Positions 1-9,875 of a DNA stretch of 64,000 bases are shown piece by piece. Within the stretch, counting starts at the first letter, position 1. The number at the start of each line of letters is the position of its first letter. Source of the DNA: Candidatus Omnitrophota bacterium (lineage in GTDB: Bacteria > Omnitrophota > Gorgyraeia > JAHJTE01); NCBI GenBank assembly GCA_018830005.1, contig JAHJTE010000004.1, positions 16,792-80,791 on the forward strand, given 5' to 3'. Made by a program: the position numbers and the translations under genes. The notes beneath the pieces were generated by a model. It was not told where the DNA came from. It made no database searches and worked only from the letters and a program-made list of their open reading frames with translations.

Positions 1-247
1 AATAAATCAGCAAAACAACGAATTAATTGTTGCCATTAAAGATATGGGTAAAGGCATCTCAAAAGAATCGCTTCTTCATATCTTTGACCCCTTCTTCACA
101 ACCTCAAGCAAAGGAACAGGTTTAGGTTTATCTATTACTCATGGAATTATTAAAGAGCATGGTGGAAGAATTAAGATTGAAAGTAAACTTGGGATAGGAA
201 GTGAGGTTGAAATAAGGTTAATTATGCAACAGGCAACTCAATTATAA
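1..247 (+). CDS. Sensor histidine kinase, C-terminal HATPase_c fragment (5' end outside window)
   Basis: Translation ...LLHIFDPFFTTSSKGTGLGLSITHGIIKEHGGRIKIES carries the G2 box and ATP lid of the HATPase_c domain. The frame is open from the window edge and stops at 245-247. Confidence 0.7.
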   Translation, partial: INQQNNELIVAIKDMGKGISKESLLHIFDPFFTTSSKGTGLGLSITHGIIKEHGGRIKIESKLGIGSEVEIRLIMQQATQL

Positions 248-2378
248 AAGTTGTACCTTTTTTATATGTAGATTCAACTGAAATCTTACCCTTATGGTTA
301 TTGGTGACGATTTTTTGTATAACAAAAAGCCCTAAGCCAGTGCCTTTTTTTGCTGACGCTTTAGTGGTAAAGAATGGGGTAAAGAGCTTATCAAAATCTT
401 CCTTCTTTACACCCATTCCATTGTCTGATACTTTAATTTGTAATTTGTCATCCTTTTGTTGACCAAGAATATCAATTATTCCTTTATAATCATCTTGCCT
501 TAACTCTTCTTTTCTTTGTTTAATAGCAAAATAGCCGTTATCGATTAAATTAAAAAAGACCTCTTGAAGCTGAGTAAGATTCCCCTTTATTTTAGGTAGA
601 TTCTTACTGTAACTACGCTTGATTTCTATCTCACTTAATTTGACCTTGTATTGTGCCATTTCTAAGGCTGCATCAACAATTGAATCCAAAGAAACTGATT
701 CAAATCCTTGTTCTCCAGGTCTGGAATATTTAAGCAAACCCCTGACAATCTCTCCGCCTTTTTTTACGTTATCTTGTACCTTCTCTAATGCATGCTCGAC
801 CTGATTAAATACTTCTTCTATTTCCGCTGGAATCCTCCTTTTTTTAGTAATTTTTAAAGTATCAATTGTATCTCCTGCGATCATACTTAATGCCTGAAAT
901 CTATTATTTATTTGATGTGACAGACCATCTGCCATAGTTCCAACCGTAGCCATTTTTTCAGCTTGGAAAAGCTGTTCTTGTGTGCGTTGTACCTCTTCGT
1001 AAAATTGAGCATTTTCTATAGCCAGCGCTGCCTGATTAGCCAATGTAGTCAACACATTTAAGTCATCCTGAGTATACATCCTTCCGGTTTTTTTATCTCC
1101 TAAGGTTAAAAAGCCAAGAAGCGCATCTTCGACAAGACACGGAATAATCACTGATGCATTTAAATCTTTCATCACAAGCTCTAAATCGTTCATTTGAGAA
1201 TAAGTAAGATTGAGAAACTTTAATTCTTCATAAACAATTGGACATTGCTCATTACCAAGATACTGGATAAGAGATTCATTGACATCCAGACTTACCCTAT
1301 TCGAACTAATAAAACGAGTTGATTTTAGAGTATATTGATTTAAATTTTGATCAGACAAAAATACTTGAGCGTTGACTGTCTTAAGAGCTTTAGTTATAAA
1401 ATGCACTATAAGACCAAGAAGTTTTCTCAGATTTCTAATTTGGACCATCCCTTGAGACGCTTTAAGTAATAGATTGTGGGCATGTCTCTCATCGGCCAAA
1501 AGTCTATTTAGTGCCTTCTGTTGTAAGTACATAAATAAGTAAGGACCAGTGGTAGCAAACAAAAGCAGAGCCAACATTGGAACCCAAGTCCAACCTTTAC
1601 CAAAAATACTCATTAACCAATTTCTCCCCCAACCCGCTAGGCCAAAAGGAATGCCTAAGACTAAAGTATATACAACTCCAACAATCGCTCCTTTTGCAAC
1701 AGCAACCCTGATATCCATAATGCGATATCTTAAAATAGCATAGGTTGCAATAAGCGGATAGAAGACCATTATAATATTGAAAGGAAAAACTTTTATGCCG
1801 TATGTAGGTAGAAAATGGGAGCAACCACCAATAAATGCTATAAAAATAGGAAAAAGTAAATATTTAAGTTGGTTTTGTCTAGCTCCAGTTGAATTGATAT
1901 ATTCTTTAACTAAAATAGTGAAGGCATACAAAATAGAACTAAACCAAAGCAAGGTCGCGATAACATAAATACTATTAACTGCCCTGACGTAATAAAAAGA
2001 GTTGAACATGAACTCAAGTTTATATCCCATCTTATTTGAAAAATTTAGAAAGATAAAAAATATTGGATCAACAATATAGAAAAAGTATAATATTTTTCTT
2101 TTCTTAATTGCGCATAATTCTAACACCGTATGTAAAAAGGCTATGGAGATAAACATAGCCCAGAAATGGCCAAATTTCCACCAGAAAATCGCCCCATTAA
2201 TATCCAAAGTTTTATTGCCGACAAAAAATAAACTGAGGCCCCAAAATGCATTGGCAATATTAAATAAAACCCAATATTTATGAAGTTTTAGTTTACCAAA
2301 AATTGAAATTATAATGGCGAGAGTAAAGCAAGTAAAAAAGATTAAGCCACCAAATATTGATAATAGGCTTGGACTCAT
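222..2378 (-). CDS. Multi-pass membrane sensor histidine kinase (about 9-10 TM N-terminal domain, GAF-like domain, HisKA, HATPase_c)
   Basis: 718 aa. The hydrophobic N-terminal 290 aa forms many TM helices. The central region is GAF-like. HisKA is ATVGTMADGLSHQINN. The C-terminal DNGMGV...GTGLGLFVIQKIV ATPase motifs are present. It lies 21 nt downstream of the lipid operon. Confidence 0.8.
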   Translation of the reverse strand: MSPSLLSIFGGLIFFTCFTLAIIISIFGKLKLHKYWVLFNIANAFWGLSLFFVGNKTLDINGAIFWWKFGHFWAMFISIAFLHTVLELCAIKKRKILYFFYIVDPIFFIFLNFSNKMGYKLEFMFNSFYYVRAVNSIYVIATLLWFSSILYAFTILVKEYINSTGARQNQLKYLLFPIFIAFIGGCSHFLPTYGIKVFPFNIIMVFYPLIATYAILRYRIMDIRVAVAKGAIVGVVYTLVLGIPFGLAGWGRNWLMSIFGKGWTWVPMLALLLFATTGPYLFMYLQQKALNRLLADERHAHNLLLKASQGMVQIRNLRKLLGLIVHFITKALKTVNAQVFLSDQNLNQYTLKSTRFISSNRVSLDVNESLIQYLGNEQCPIVYEELKFLNLTYSQMNDLELVMKDLNASVIIPCLVEDALLGFLTLGDKKTGRMYTQDDLNVLTTLANQAALAIENAQFYEEVQRTQEQLFQAEKMATVGTMADGLSHQINNRFQALSMIAGDTIDTLKITKKRRIPAEIEEVFNQVEHALEKVQDNVKKGGEIVRGLLKYSRPGEQGFESVSLDSIVDAALEMAQYKVKLSEIEIKRSYSKNLPKIKGNLTQLQEVFFNLIDNGYFAIKQRKEELRQDDYKGIIDILGQQKDDKLQIKVSDNGMGVKKEDFDKLFTPFFTTKASAKKGTGLGLFVIQKIVTNNHKGKISVESTYKKGTTFIIELPVA

Positions 2379-2399
2379 AAGTTTTTAGCTTTTTTAAAT

Positions 2400-3848
2400 C
2401 TAAATTTTAAAAATTTCACCAAGAAGTATTTTTGCAGTTTCAATGCCGCTGTATGCGGCAGGGCTTACTCCGCTACTCCTGTTCAACCAATGCCCAGTTA
2501 AATACAAATTCTTTATTTTTGTTTTTTGTGAGAAATTGGGATCGCAAAATTGCGTTGTTGTATCTGCCCAGCCATACGCAGAACCTTTATAGTTCAACGT
2601 TGATTTAAATAGAGTAAAAGGAGTGGCAATGATTTTTATCTTTATATGCTCTGTAATATCTGGCAGTAATCTCTCAGCTAATTTTATCATTTTTCCACTA
2701 ATTACATTTTTTTTATTTTCATTCCAAAATCTTTCATTTACAAAAGGCATATTAACAAATAGAAATAAAGACTCTTTTGTGCTCCTTTTATCTAAGAAAG
2801 AGTTATTCTTTACAGATGAACTGGTTATTCCAATGTAATCATACTCCTTATTCAATAGATTAGTATAAATTTTCTCAATATTATTATAATTATTATTTAT
2901 AATCCAAATGTGTGATTTTAAATCAGGTAAATTATCCAGATCTTTACTGATTCCCAAATAAACTAAAAAAGCCGACAAAGACGTTTCTCTAGTATGTATT
3001 CTATTAGAAATTGTTTTAGGAACCTTCGTTGCATCGATAAGACTATGGAAAGTTTCATGAAGATCGCAAGCAGCTATAACAACTTTAGAAAAAATAGACT
3101 TTCCGCTTTCTAATATAACACCTCTAGCAATATTGTCTTCGAGTATAATTTTTTTTACCATTGTAGCTAAGGTAACGGTCCCTCCGAATTCAGAAAATTT
3201 ATTTGCTAAAGCATTTGAAAATTTCTGCATACCACCTAATGGGTAATACCCTCCATCAAAAATAAAGTCTCTATAAAGTAAATATGCCGCAAGAGTTGAT
3301 AATCGCGATGGAGGAACACCTGTATAACCTAATAATACAATAGATAATATAGTCTTTAATTCTTCATTAGTAAAATAGAAATCAAGGTTGTTCTTAAAAG
3401 AAGTGTTTCTCATTTTTGAAAGAGAAGTAATAGGAGAGAATAATATTTTTTCAAAAAATTTTTTTATAGCTTTTTCTTGTTTTGGAAAATACCTTTGCAG
3501 TTCCCCAATAGTTTTACCAACGCTACCATATAAGTTGACTTTATAATTTGGGGTTATTACAATATCTCTAATCTCATAATTAATAAATTCTAAATCATTT
3601 TTTAAGTCAAGTTCTTGAATAATTCTTTGCAAGCTACCGTCTTTACCACAACCGCTCAAAGAACAAACACAGGCATCAAAGAAAAAACCCTGTCTAACAA
3701 AAGAAGCACAATATCCTCCCGGACTTATATTTTTTTCCACAATTAAAGTGTTAACCCCTCTTTTTGCCAAATAACAACCACAGATAAGCCCACTAATGCC
3801 TCCACCAATAATCACTACGTCGTAATCACACTTATTAAAATTTTTCAT
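2400..3848 (-). CDS. FAD-dependent oxidoreductase, phytoene desaturase (CrtI)/amine oxidase family
   Basis: N-terminal dinucleotide-binding motif DVVIIGGGISGLICGCYLAKRG...VEKN..PGG. 482 aa. Paralogous to the upstream gene. Confidence 0.75.
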   Translation of the reverse strand: MKNFNKCDYDVVIIGGGISGLICGCYLAKRGVNTLIVEKNISPGGYCASFVRQGFFFDACVCSLSGCGKDGSLQRIIQELDLKNDLEFINYEIRDIVITPNYKVNLYGSVGKTIGELQRYFPKQEKAIKKFFEKILFSPITSLSKMRNTSFKNNLDFYFTNEELKTILSIVLLGYTGVPPSRLSTLAAYLLYRDFIFDGGYYPLGGMQKFSNALANKFSEFGGTVTLATMVKKIILEDNIARGVILESGKSIFSKVVIAACDLHETFHSLIDATKVPKTISNRIHTRETSLSAFLVYLGISKDLDNLPDLKSHIWIINNNYNNIEKIYTNLLNKEYDYIGITSSSVKNNSFLDKRSTKESLFLFVNMPFVNERFWNENKKNVISGKMIKLAERLLPDITEHIKIKIIATPFTLFKSTLNYKGSAYGWADTTTQFCDPNFSQKTKIKNLYLTGHWLNRSSGVSPAAYSGIETAKILLGEIFKI

Positions 3849-3862
3849 TTTATCGTTTTTGC

Positions 3863-5419
3863 TTATAAAGCAACTTTTCCATTCGTTAATTTACCCTTTA
3901 ACACAATATCAGAGAAAGAGGTGGCAGAAATTAGAGCACCCGGAATACCTGCGCCAGGAAAAGTTTTGGCGCCCACTAAAAACAAATTCTCTATAGGTGT
4001 CTTATTATGGAATCTTCTAAGAAGTGTTTGTTGAGGACTAGCTGCAATATCATAAATTGCTCCTTCTGTTGCATTAAGCCATTTTTCAAAAGAAACAGGA
4101 GTTAATACATTGCTAAGCTTTACTTTTTTTATAACCCAAAATTTCCTAATTTCTTTGATTACTAATTGAACGATTTCGCTCTTTAAATCTTCATATTCTT
4201 TCCTTCCATACAAATTTATAAATTTTTTCCATAAAATGTAATTTGCAGGCAGCCAACCAATATTAAAAATATAAATGTTCTCTGAATCAAAGTTATCAAA
4301 ATTGCTTAAGCAATTGATATTTACTGATAACACTGGTTTAGTATACGACTGTGAATTAAATTTAAACAACATCTTTAGTCTTTTTTCTAAATCTATGCGG
4401 AGTGGCAGTACTATCGTCCCAACAGACAAAAAGTCTCGATTTAACTCTGCCTCAGCTATCAAATGGATTTGTATCGCAGAACAAGACATCTTTAATTCTA
4501 CGGCTCTATTAATAAGATTTTGCGGTAAAAATCTTCTCTCGATTAATTCTAAAAATGTTTTTTTACTATCGATATTAGAGGCAATTTTTTTAGCGTAATA
4601 TTCATTATTATTTTTATCTCTAACCCCGTAAGTTACCTTTTTACTATTTAAAAGAATTTTATCAACTTCCGTGTTATACAATATTCTCCCACCTAATTCT
4701 TCAAAATTCGAAGCCAATATAACTGGAATCCTTCCAAACCCCCCTTTTACAAAACAGCTTTTATCTGTATGATATGCCCCTAATAAACATATCATATACA
4801 ACGCTGACACAGCACCTTTTTCTAATCCTAGGTAAAGCCAATAAACAGAAATAATTTCTTTCAACGCAGGGGAACTTATAAACCTATTTAAGAACTTTTC
4901 AAAAGTATAATTTCTGTATTTAAAAAGGTGCGGAAATAAAAATGGATACAAAAACAAAATAGACAAAGATGGATTAGAATAGCTTTTTACCGCTTCATGC
5001 TGCCATATTTTTGTTATTTCATTAAATAATTTTTTAATATTTTTATGCTCGGCAGGAAAATAAAGTTTTAATTCTTCGGCGTATTTACTAAAATCCCCGT
5101 AACAAAATATTGGTTTATTTTGATTTTTAGGTATATAAATAAAAGGTTTTTCTAATTCTAAAAATTCGAACCTTTCATTTATATTTAAATAATCAAAAAT
5201 TCTATTTACAACCGCCCCTTCTCTAATACCACATAAAGAATGGGTTATGTCAATTGGATAACCATCTTTATAGAAAGTAGTTACAGCTCCACCTGGTACC
5301 TGATTTTTTTCTAAAATCAAGACTTTCATGCCATTTTTGGCAAGTATATTACCAGCAGTTAATCCGCCTATACCAGCGCCGATAATTATTACATCATATT
5401 CGTCTTTTTTCATAGTCAA
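3863..5419 (-). CDS. FAD-dependent oxidoreductase, phytoene desaturase (CrtI)/amine oxidase family
   Basis: N-terminus DVIIIGAGIGGLTAGNILAKNGMKVLILEKNQVPGG (Rossmann GxGxxG). 518 aa. Its start overlaps the upstream KS gene by 4 nt. Confidence 0.75.
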   Translation of the reverse strand: MTMKKDEYDVIIIGAGIGGLTAGNILAKNGMKVLILEKNQVPGGAVTTFYKDGYPIDITHSLCGIREGAVVNRIFDYLNINERFEFLELEKPFIYIPKNQNKPIFCYGDFSKYAEELKLYFPAEHKNIKKLFNEITKIWQHEAVKSYSNPSLSILFLYPFLFPHLFKYRNYTFEKFLNRFISSPALKEIISVYWLYLGLEKGAVSALYMICLLGAYHTDKSCFVKGGFGRIPVILASNFEELGGRILYNTEVDKILLNSKKVTYGVRDKNNNEYYAKKIASNIDSKKTFLELIERRFLPQNLINRAVELKMSCSAIQIHLIAEAELNRDFLSVGTIVLPLRIDLEKRLKMLFKFNSQSYTKPVLSVNINCLSNFDNFDSENIYIFNIGWLPANYILWKKFINLYGRKEYEDLKSEIVQLVIKEIRKFWVIKKVKLSNVLTPVSFEKWLNATEGAIYDIAASPQQTLLRRFHNKTPIENLFLVGAKTFPGAGIPGALISATSFSDIVLKGKLTNGKVAL

Positions 5420-6714
5420 TCTATCTTCTTAAACACTGCTGCGGCGTTAAAGCCTGCAAATGCACAGCAGGTTTTCATTATTATATTAAGCTTGCTTTTT
5501 ATTTCTGTTTTTACTAAAGAAATATTAAATTTTGGATCTGGCTTATCATAGTTTAGCGTTGCTGGTACTATGCCATTTTTGAGTGCCAACAAAAGGATCG
5601 CCGCCTCTAATAAAGCACTACCACCTAAATTATGTCCCACATAAGGTTTAAAGGTTGAAATTAAAGGTTTTTTTTGATTTGTTTCAAAAACATCGGTTAT
5701 TGCCTTAGCTTCATAATAATCAATCGGCTGAGATCCTACACCATGCGGACAAAGAAAGTCTATCTTTTCTTTATCAATGCCACTATTTTTTAGTGCTTTT
5801 GAAATTGCTTTTTGATATGAGTTCCCTCCTATTTGGGGAACAGTAATCTTCCAGCCTTCAAGATCAAAACCCCCGCCTAGATATTCGGCGTATATTTGTG
5901 CCTTACGTTTTCTAGCATGTTCTAAATCTTCTATTGCAATGGCTGCACCACCATCGCCAAAAACAAGACCGTTACTATCTTTACAAAATGGCCTAACCAT
6001 TCCGTCAGGAGAATATATTCCTAACTCATGAAACCACAAGTACTTATATATATCAGGATAGTCTGAAGCTGCTATAATAACAGCTTTGGCTTGGTTATTT
6101 CTTATTATTTGACTTGCTGCTTCAATGGCGTATAAACCTGAAGCACAGGCATTATTAATAAATAATGAATAATTATGAATATTAAAGACTCTAGCAATGT
6201 GGAATAAATCTGCGAAGGTTTGAATATCGTATCCGCTTTTCAGGAAAGCGCGATAAAACTTATCAAAAAAAACCTTTTTAGAAATATCCTTTTTTCTTTT
6301 ATTTATTAGCATTTCGTAAGCGAGATCACTTACCTTAAAACCAAATGGCATTAGTCCAAGATTTTCGTGAGCCAATACCAGGCTGATGTTATTATCCTTG
6401 CGATTATACTCTAGCCCGCTGTCATCCAAGGCCAGCTTAATAGCAGCGATAAGATAATTTAAATCAATTATTTCTTCGCCCTCCTTCCATTCTTTAATAT
6501 CATTTAATTTGTCTTTATCTATTCCAAAATCTGAAATATCAAAATTTTCAACTTTATGAAAATAGAATTGATCCCAAATCTCACCATCAAGAGTGCATTT
6601 CTCAAGCTTTAGATTAGTTCTTTGCTGGAGAATGCCCTGCCAAAGTTTATCTTTGCCTATTCCAATAGAGCTTATGGGACCTATACCGGTTATAACAATT
6701 CTCTTATCAGGCAT
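5416..6714 (-). CDS. Beta-ketoacyl-ACP synthase-like condensing enzyme (KAS I/II superfamily, divergent, with insertions)
   Basis: 432 aa with active-site Cys (NNACASG) and two His (CPHGVGS, GHNLGG). The N-terminus has the thiolase-fold opening VITGIGPISSIG. Confidence 0.75.
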   Translation of the reverse strand: MPDKRIVITGIGPISSIGIGKDKLWQGILQQRTNLKLEKCTLDGEIWDQFYFHKVENFDISDFGIDKDKLNDIKEWKEGEEIIDLNYLIAAIKLALDDSGLEYNRKDNNISLVLAHENLGLMPFGFKVSDLAYEMLINKRKKDISKKVFFDKFYRAFLKSGYDIQTFADLFHIARVFNIHNYSLFINNACASGLYAIEAASQIIRNNQAKAVIIAASDYPDIYKYLWFHELGIYSPDGMVRPFCKDSNGLVFGDGGAAIAIEDLEHARKRKAQIYAEYLGGGFDLEGWKITVPQIGGNSYQKAISKALKNSGIDKEKIDFLCPHGVGSQPIDYYEAKAITDVFETNQKKPLISTFKPYVGHNLGGSALLEAAILLLALKNGIVPATLNYDKPDPKFNISLVKTEIKSKLNIIMKTCCAFAGFNAAAVFKKID

Positions 6715-6717
6715 AGC

Positions 6718-6984
6718 TTATACTTTATTTTTTTTCTCTAGAGCTTCTTTTAAGACTTTAAGTGCTTCTGCAATAGTAGTAATTTGAGGAATCTGTTCAT
6801 CTCTGATAGAGACCTTGAACTTCCGCTCAATCGCAACTGAAATCTCGATTGCTTTAATCGAATCAACGCCTAAATCCTTCCAAAAATTTGCATCTGGCTT
6901 TAATTCTTTAGTATCTCTACCAGTGACATTAGCGACTAATTCTATTAATTCTTGTTTAAGCTTATCAAGCATTTCTTCTGGCAT
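6718..6984 (-). CDS. acpP: Acyl carrier protein
   Basis: 88 aa. DLGVDSIKAIE phosphopantetheine-attachment Ser motif. Confidence 0.85.
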   Translation of the reverse strand: MPEEMLDKLKQELIELVANVTGRDTKELKPDANFWKDLGVDSIKAIEISVAIERKFKVSIRDEQIPQITTIAEALKVLKEALEKKNKV

Positions 6985-6991
6985 GTAGACA

Positions 6992-8206
6992 TCATCTCCT
7001 TTTGTATTTCTTTATTGCAAGTGAAGAATTATTGCCACCAAAGGCAAAACCATTATTCAAGGCAACATCTACTCTTTGTTTTCTTGCGGCATTAGGAACG
7101 CAATCGATATCACACTCAGGATCAGGCGTCTCAAAGTTTATTGTCGGAGCAATTACGTTATTTTCTACGCTTAAACAACAGACAATTGCTGAAATTGCAG
7201 AAGCCGCACCCATGGTATGACCCAACATTGACTTTATGGCGCTAACCGCTACCTTTCTGCCGTTGAAAACTTTTTTTATCGCTGCTGACTCTACTCTATC
7301 GTTATGCTTTGTGCCTGTTCCATGAGCACTTATATAATCTACATCATCAGGGGTTAAATCTGACTCTTTTAGTGTATTAATCATACAATCGACTATTCCT
7401 TCAACCTGAGGATTTGTCATATGAAAAGCATCACAGCTTAAACCATAACCTAATATTTCAGCATAAATAAGCGCATTTCTTTTAAGGGCACTCTCTAGGG
7501 TTTCCAATATTAGCATACCTGCCCCCTCACCTACTATCATACCTTTTCTATTCTTATCAAATGGCTGACATTTTTCAGGTGCTACAGCTCGTACTTGATT
7601 AAAGCCAGTAAAGGAAAGATAGGAAAATGCATCTGAGCCACCCACAATAACTAAATCTGCCTTATCCAATTGCAAGAGATCAAAACCATAACCTATGCCA
7701 TAATTACCAGCTGCACAAGCAGTAGTAAAAATGCGATTTATGCCCTTTGTTTTTAATTCAATTGCCATGCTAGAAGAAATATTATTTACAGGATATTGCA
7801 TTATAGACCACTTTTCCACTTTATCGTGTCCATGTTTTGTCCAAATAATATCCATTTCTTCTATTTCCTGGGCCTCGCCACCAGTTGTACCAATGCAGAT
7901 TGCTATACGTAGAGATCCAAGTCTATTAGCATTTAATTTGGCGTCGTCCAAGGCTAATTTTGCCGCAGCAATAGCAAGACGCGAAGCCCTACCCATCAAT
8001 TTTATCTTGTTTTTGCTCATGAATGATTCACAATTAAAGTCTTTAATCTCACCACCAAAATGAGTAAATTGATTCGTGGTATCAAATGACTCAACCAATG
8101 ATATACCGGATTTGCCTTTAATTAAATTGTCCCAAAAGACATCTTTACCGATGCCAATTGATGAAACGACTCCTAGACCTGTTACTACTACCCTTTTCTT
8201 TTTCAT
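6992..8206 (-). CDS. fabF: Beta-ketoacyl-ACP synthase II (FabF-like)
   Basis: 404 aa. Canonical Cys-His-His triad motifs TTACAAGNYGIG, AHGTGTKHND and GHTMGAAS. Confidence 0.85.
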   Translation of the reverse strand: MKKKRVVVTGLGVVSSIGIGKDVFWDNLIKGKSGISLVESFDTTNQFTHFGGEIKDFNCESFMSKNKIKLMGRASRLAIAAAKLALDDAKLNANRLGSLRIAICIGTTGGEAQEIEEMDIIWTKHGHDKVEKWSIMQYPVNNISSSMAIELKTKGINRIFTTACAAGNYGIGYGFDLLQLDKADLVIVGGSDAFSYLSFTGFNQVRAVAPEKCQPFDKNRKGMIVGEGAGMLILETLESALKRNALIYAEILGYGLSCDAFHMTNPQVEGIVDCMINTLKESDLTPDDVDYISAHGTGTKHNDRVESAAIKKVFNGRKVAVSAIKSMLGHTMGAASAISAIVCCLSVENNVIAPTINFETPDPECDIDCVPNAARKQRVDVALNNGFAFGGNNSSLAIKKYKRR

Positions 8207-8640
8207 TTTTTAACTGCAAATACTAACTCAGCCTCTGCTATCTGCTTATCTTTAACAAATGCTTTTGTACTAATAAAAGCGCCCGTTGGCAATAATTTTA
8301 CTGTTTCTGCTTCAAGGCTTAGCTGATCTCCCGGAAAAACAGGATGTATAAAACGAGCCTTTATTGAACCTAAATAATAATTTGGAACATTTACTAGCTC
8401 ATCCTCATATCCGCTGTGATAAAGCACAATGGAAGCCTGGGCCATGGCTTCAACAATTGAGGTGCCGGGCATTATAGGATTTCCAGGAAAATGACCCTGC
8501 AAAAAACTATCATTAATACTTACATTTTTAATCGCCACGACGCGTTTTCCTGGCTCCAACTCTATTACCCTATCAATTAAGAGCATTGGATGTCTATGTG
8601 GCAGAACCTTTTTTATTTGATCTATATCAAGTGTCTTCAT
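8203..8640 (-). CDS. fabZ: 3-hydroxyacyl-ACP dehydratase (FabZ/FabA hot-dog fold)
   Basis: 145 aa. HFPGNPIMPGTSIVEAMAQ catalytic His motif. Its start and stop overlap the neighbouring genes by 4 nt each. Confidence 0.85.
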   Translation of the reverse strand: MKTLDIDQIKKVLPHRHPMLLIDRVIELEPGKRVVAIKNVSINDSFLQGHFPGNPIMPGTSIVEAMAQASIVLYHSGYEDELVNVPNYYLGSIKARFIHPVFPGDQLSLEAETVKLLPTGAFISTKAFVKDKQIAEAELVFAVKK

Positions 8641-9875
8641 TTTAGTTTTCCTATTATTACCACTGTATTTGCCCCGTTAGGGCCAAAGGCATTAATCATT
8701 ATTCTGTTTAATTTATTCTTTCTACTTTTATTTGTTACGTAATTAAGATTGCAATCAGGATCTTTTTCCTGGTAATTTATAGTTGGCGGAATAAGGTCTT
8801 TGTTTAGAGCGCCGATAGCTGCAACTGTAGATAATCCACCTGAGGCACTAAATGTTTCACCTAAGATAGACTTAGGGGCAGTGATGCAAACCTCATCAGC
8901 AAAGTTACCGAAGACATCTTTAATAGCCTTTGTTTCAATTCGATCGGCGTCTTTAGTTGAGTTTGCATTTGCGAAAATGCAATCTATGTCTTCGGGTTTC
9001 AAATTTGCATCCGCTAGCGCCAATTGCATTGCCTTTACCATACCTTCGCCCTTTGGATTGAATCTGTAGAATTTAATCGGGTCAAAGCAAGAACCGATAC
9101 CAAGAACTTGGGCATAAATATTAGCCTTACGCTTTTTTGCAGAATCCAGTTCTTCTAAAATAAGAACAGTTGAGCCTTCAGAAAAAATAATGCCGTTTCT
9201 TCTTTTATCAAAAGGACAAGATAAAGGCTCGGGGTCACCGTTAAGACCAGATAGATAATTGAGCTTATAAAATCCAAGAAAGGTCTGAATGCAAAAATCT
9301 TCTACTGCACCCGTAACAACTGTATTTGTTCTTCCTAGATTTATAAAATCGCGCGCATAATCTAATGCGTCTAGGGCGGCACACATTCCTGTTGAAATTG
9401 TAGAATTAAAGCCTTTGATTTTAAATCTAATACCTATACGGCTTGCAGGAGAATTACCAACAGTGCTCGGGAAGACTGACGGATTAACATATCTGGGACC
9501 TTCCCTTAAAGATTCTTTGTCAAATTCTGAAATACTATGAAGACTCCCAAATGTCGTGCCCACAGAAACTCCAATCTGTTTAGTATTAGTTTCATTTATA
9601 TCTAATTTGGCATCGTCAATAGCAAGTTTTACAGCTGAGCTTAATAGAAGTGTCGCCCTGTCTAAATCCATTATGTTTTGAGTGTTCAATATTTGTTTAG
9701 GATTAAAATTGCTTATTTCGCCGCCAATTTTAACCTTTAGGTCTGAGGTATCAAACAGAGTAATGGGCTTAAATCCGGATTTCCCGTCCATAATGGATTG
9801 CCAGTATTCGTCTTTACCTATTCCAATAGGCGAGATGACGCCAATTCCGGTTATAACAGTTCTGCTCTTTTTCAA
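8637..9875 (-). CDS. Ketosynthase-like protein with degenerate His dyad (chain-length-factor-like / non-decarboxylating KS partner)
   Basis: 412 aa with thiolase fold and a Cys retained (STGMCAALDAL). The HGTGT box reads ANANST and the GH box reads GE, so both catalytic His are missing. Confidence 0.7.
   Translation of the reverse strand: MKKSRTVITGIGVISPIGIGKDEYWQSIMDGKSGFKPITLFDTSDLKVKIGGEISNFNPKQILNTQNIMDLDRATLLLSSAVKLAIDDAKLDINETNTKQIGVSVGTTFGSLHSISEFDKESLREGPRYVNPSVFPSTVGNSPASRIGIRFKIKGFNSTISTGMCAALDALDYARDFINLGRTNTVVTGAVEDFCIQTFLGFYKLNYLSGLNGDPEPLSCPFDKRRNGIIFSEGSTVLILEELDSAKKRKANIYAQVLGIGSCFDPIKFYRFNPKGEGMVKAMQLALADANLKPEDIDCIFANANSTKDADRIETKAIKDVFGNFADEVCITAPKSILGETFSASGGLSTVAAIGALNKDLIPPTINYQEKDPDCNLNYVTNKSRKNKLNRIMINAFGPNGANTVVIIGKLK

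Noticed and set aside
4275-4598. 107-aa plus-strand ORF (also 7731-8063, 8800-9069, 12986-13219 and similar)
   Set aside because: These are antisense to well-supported minus-strand genes. Such ORFs are typical in AT-rich genomes where stop codons are rare on the antisense strand.
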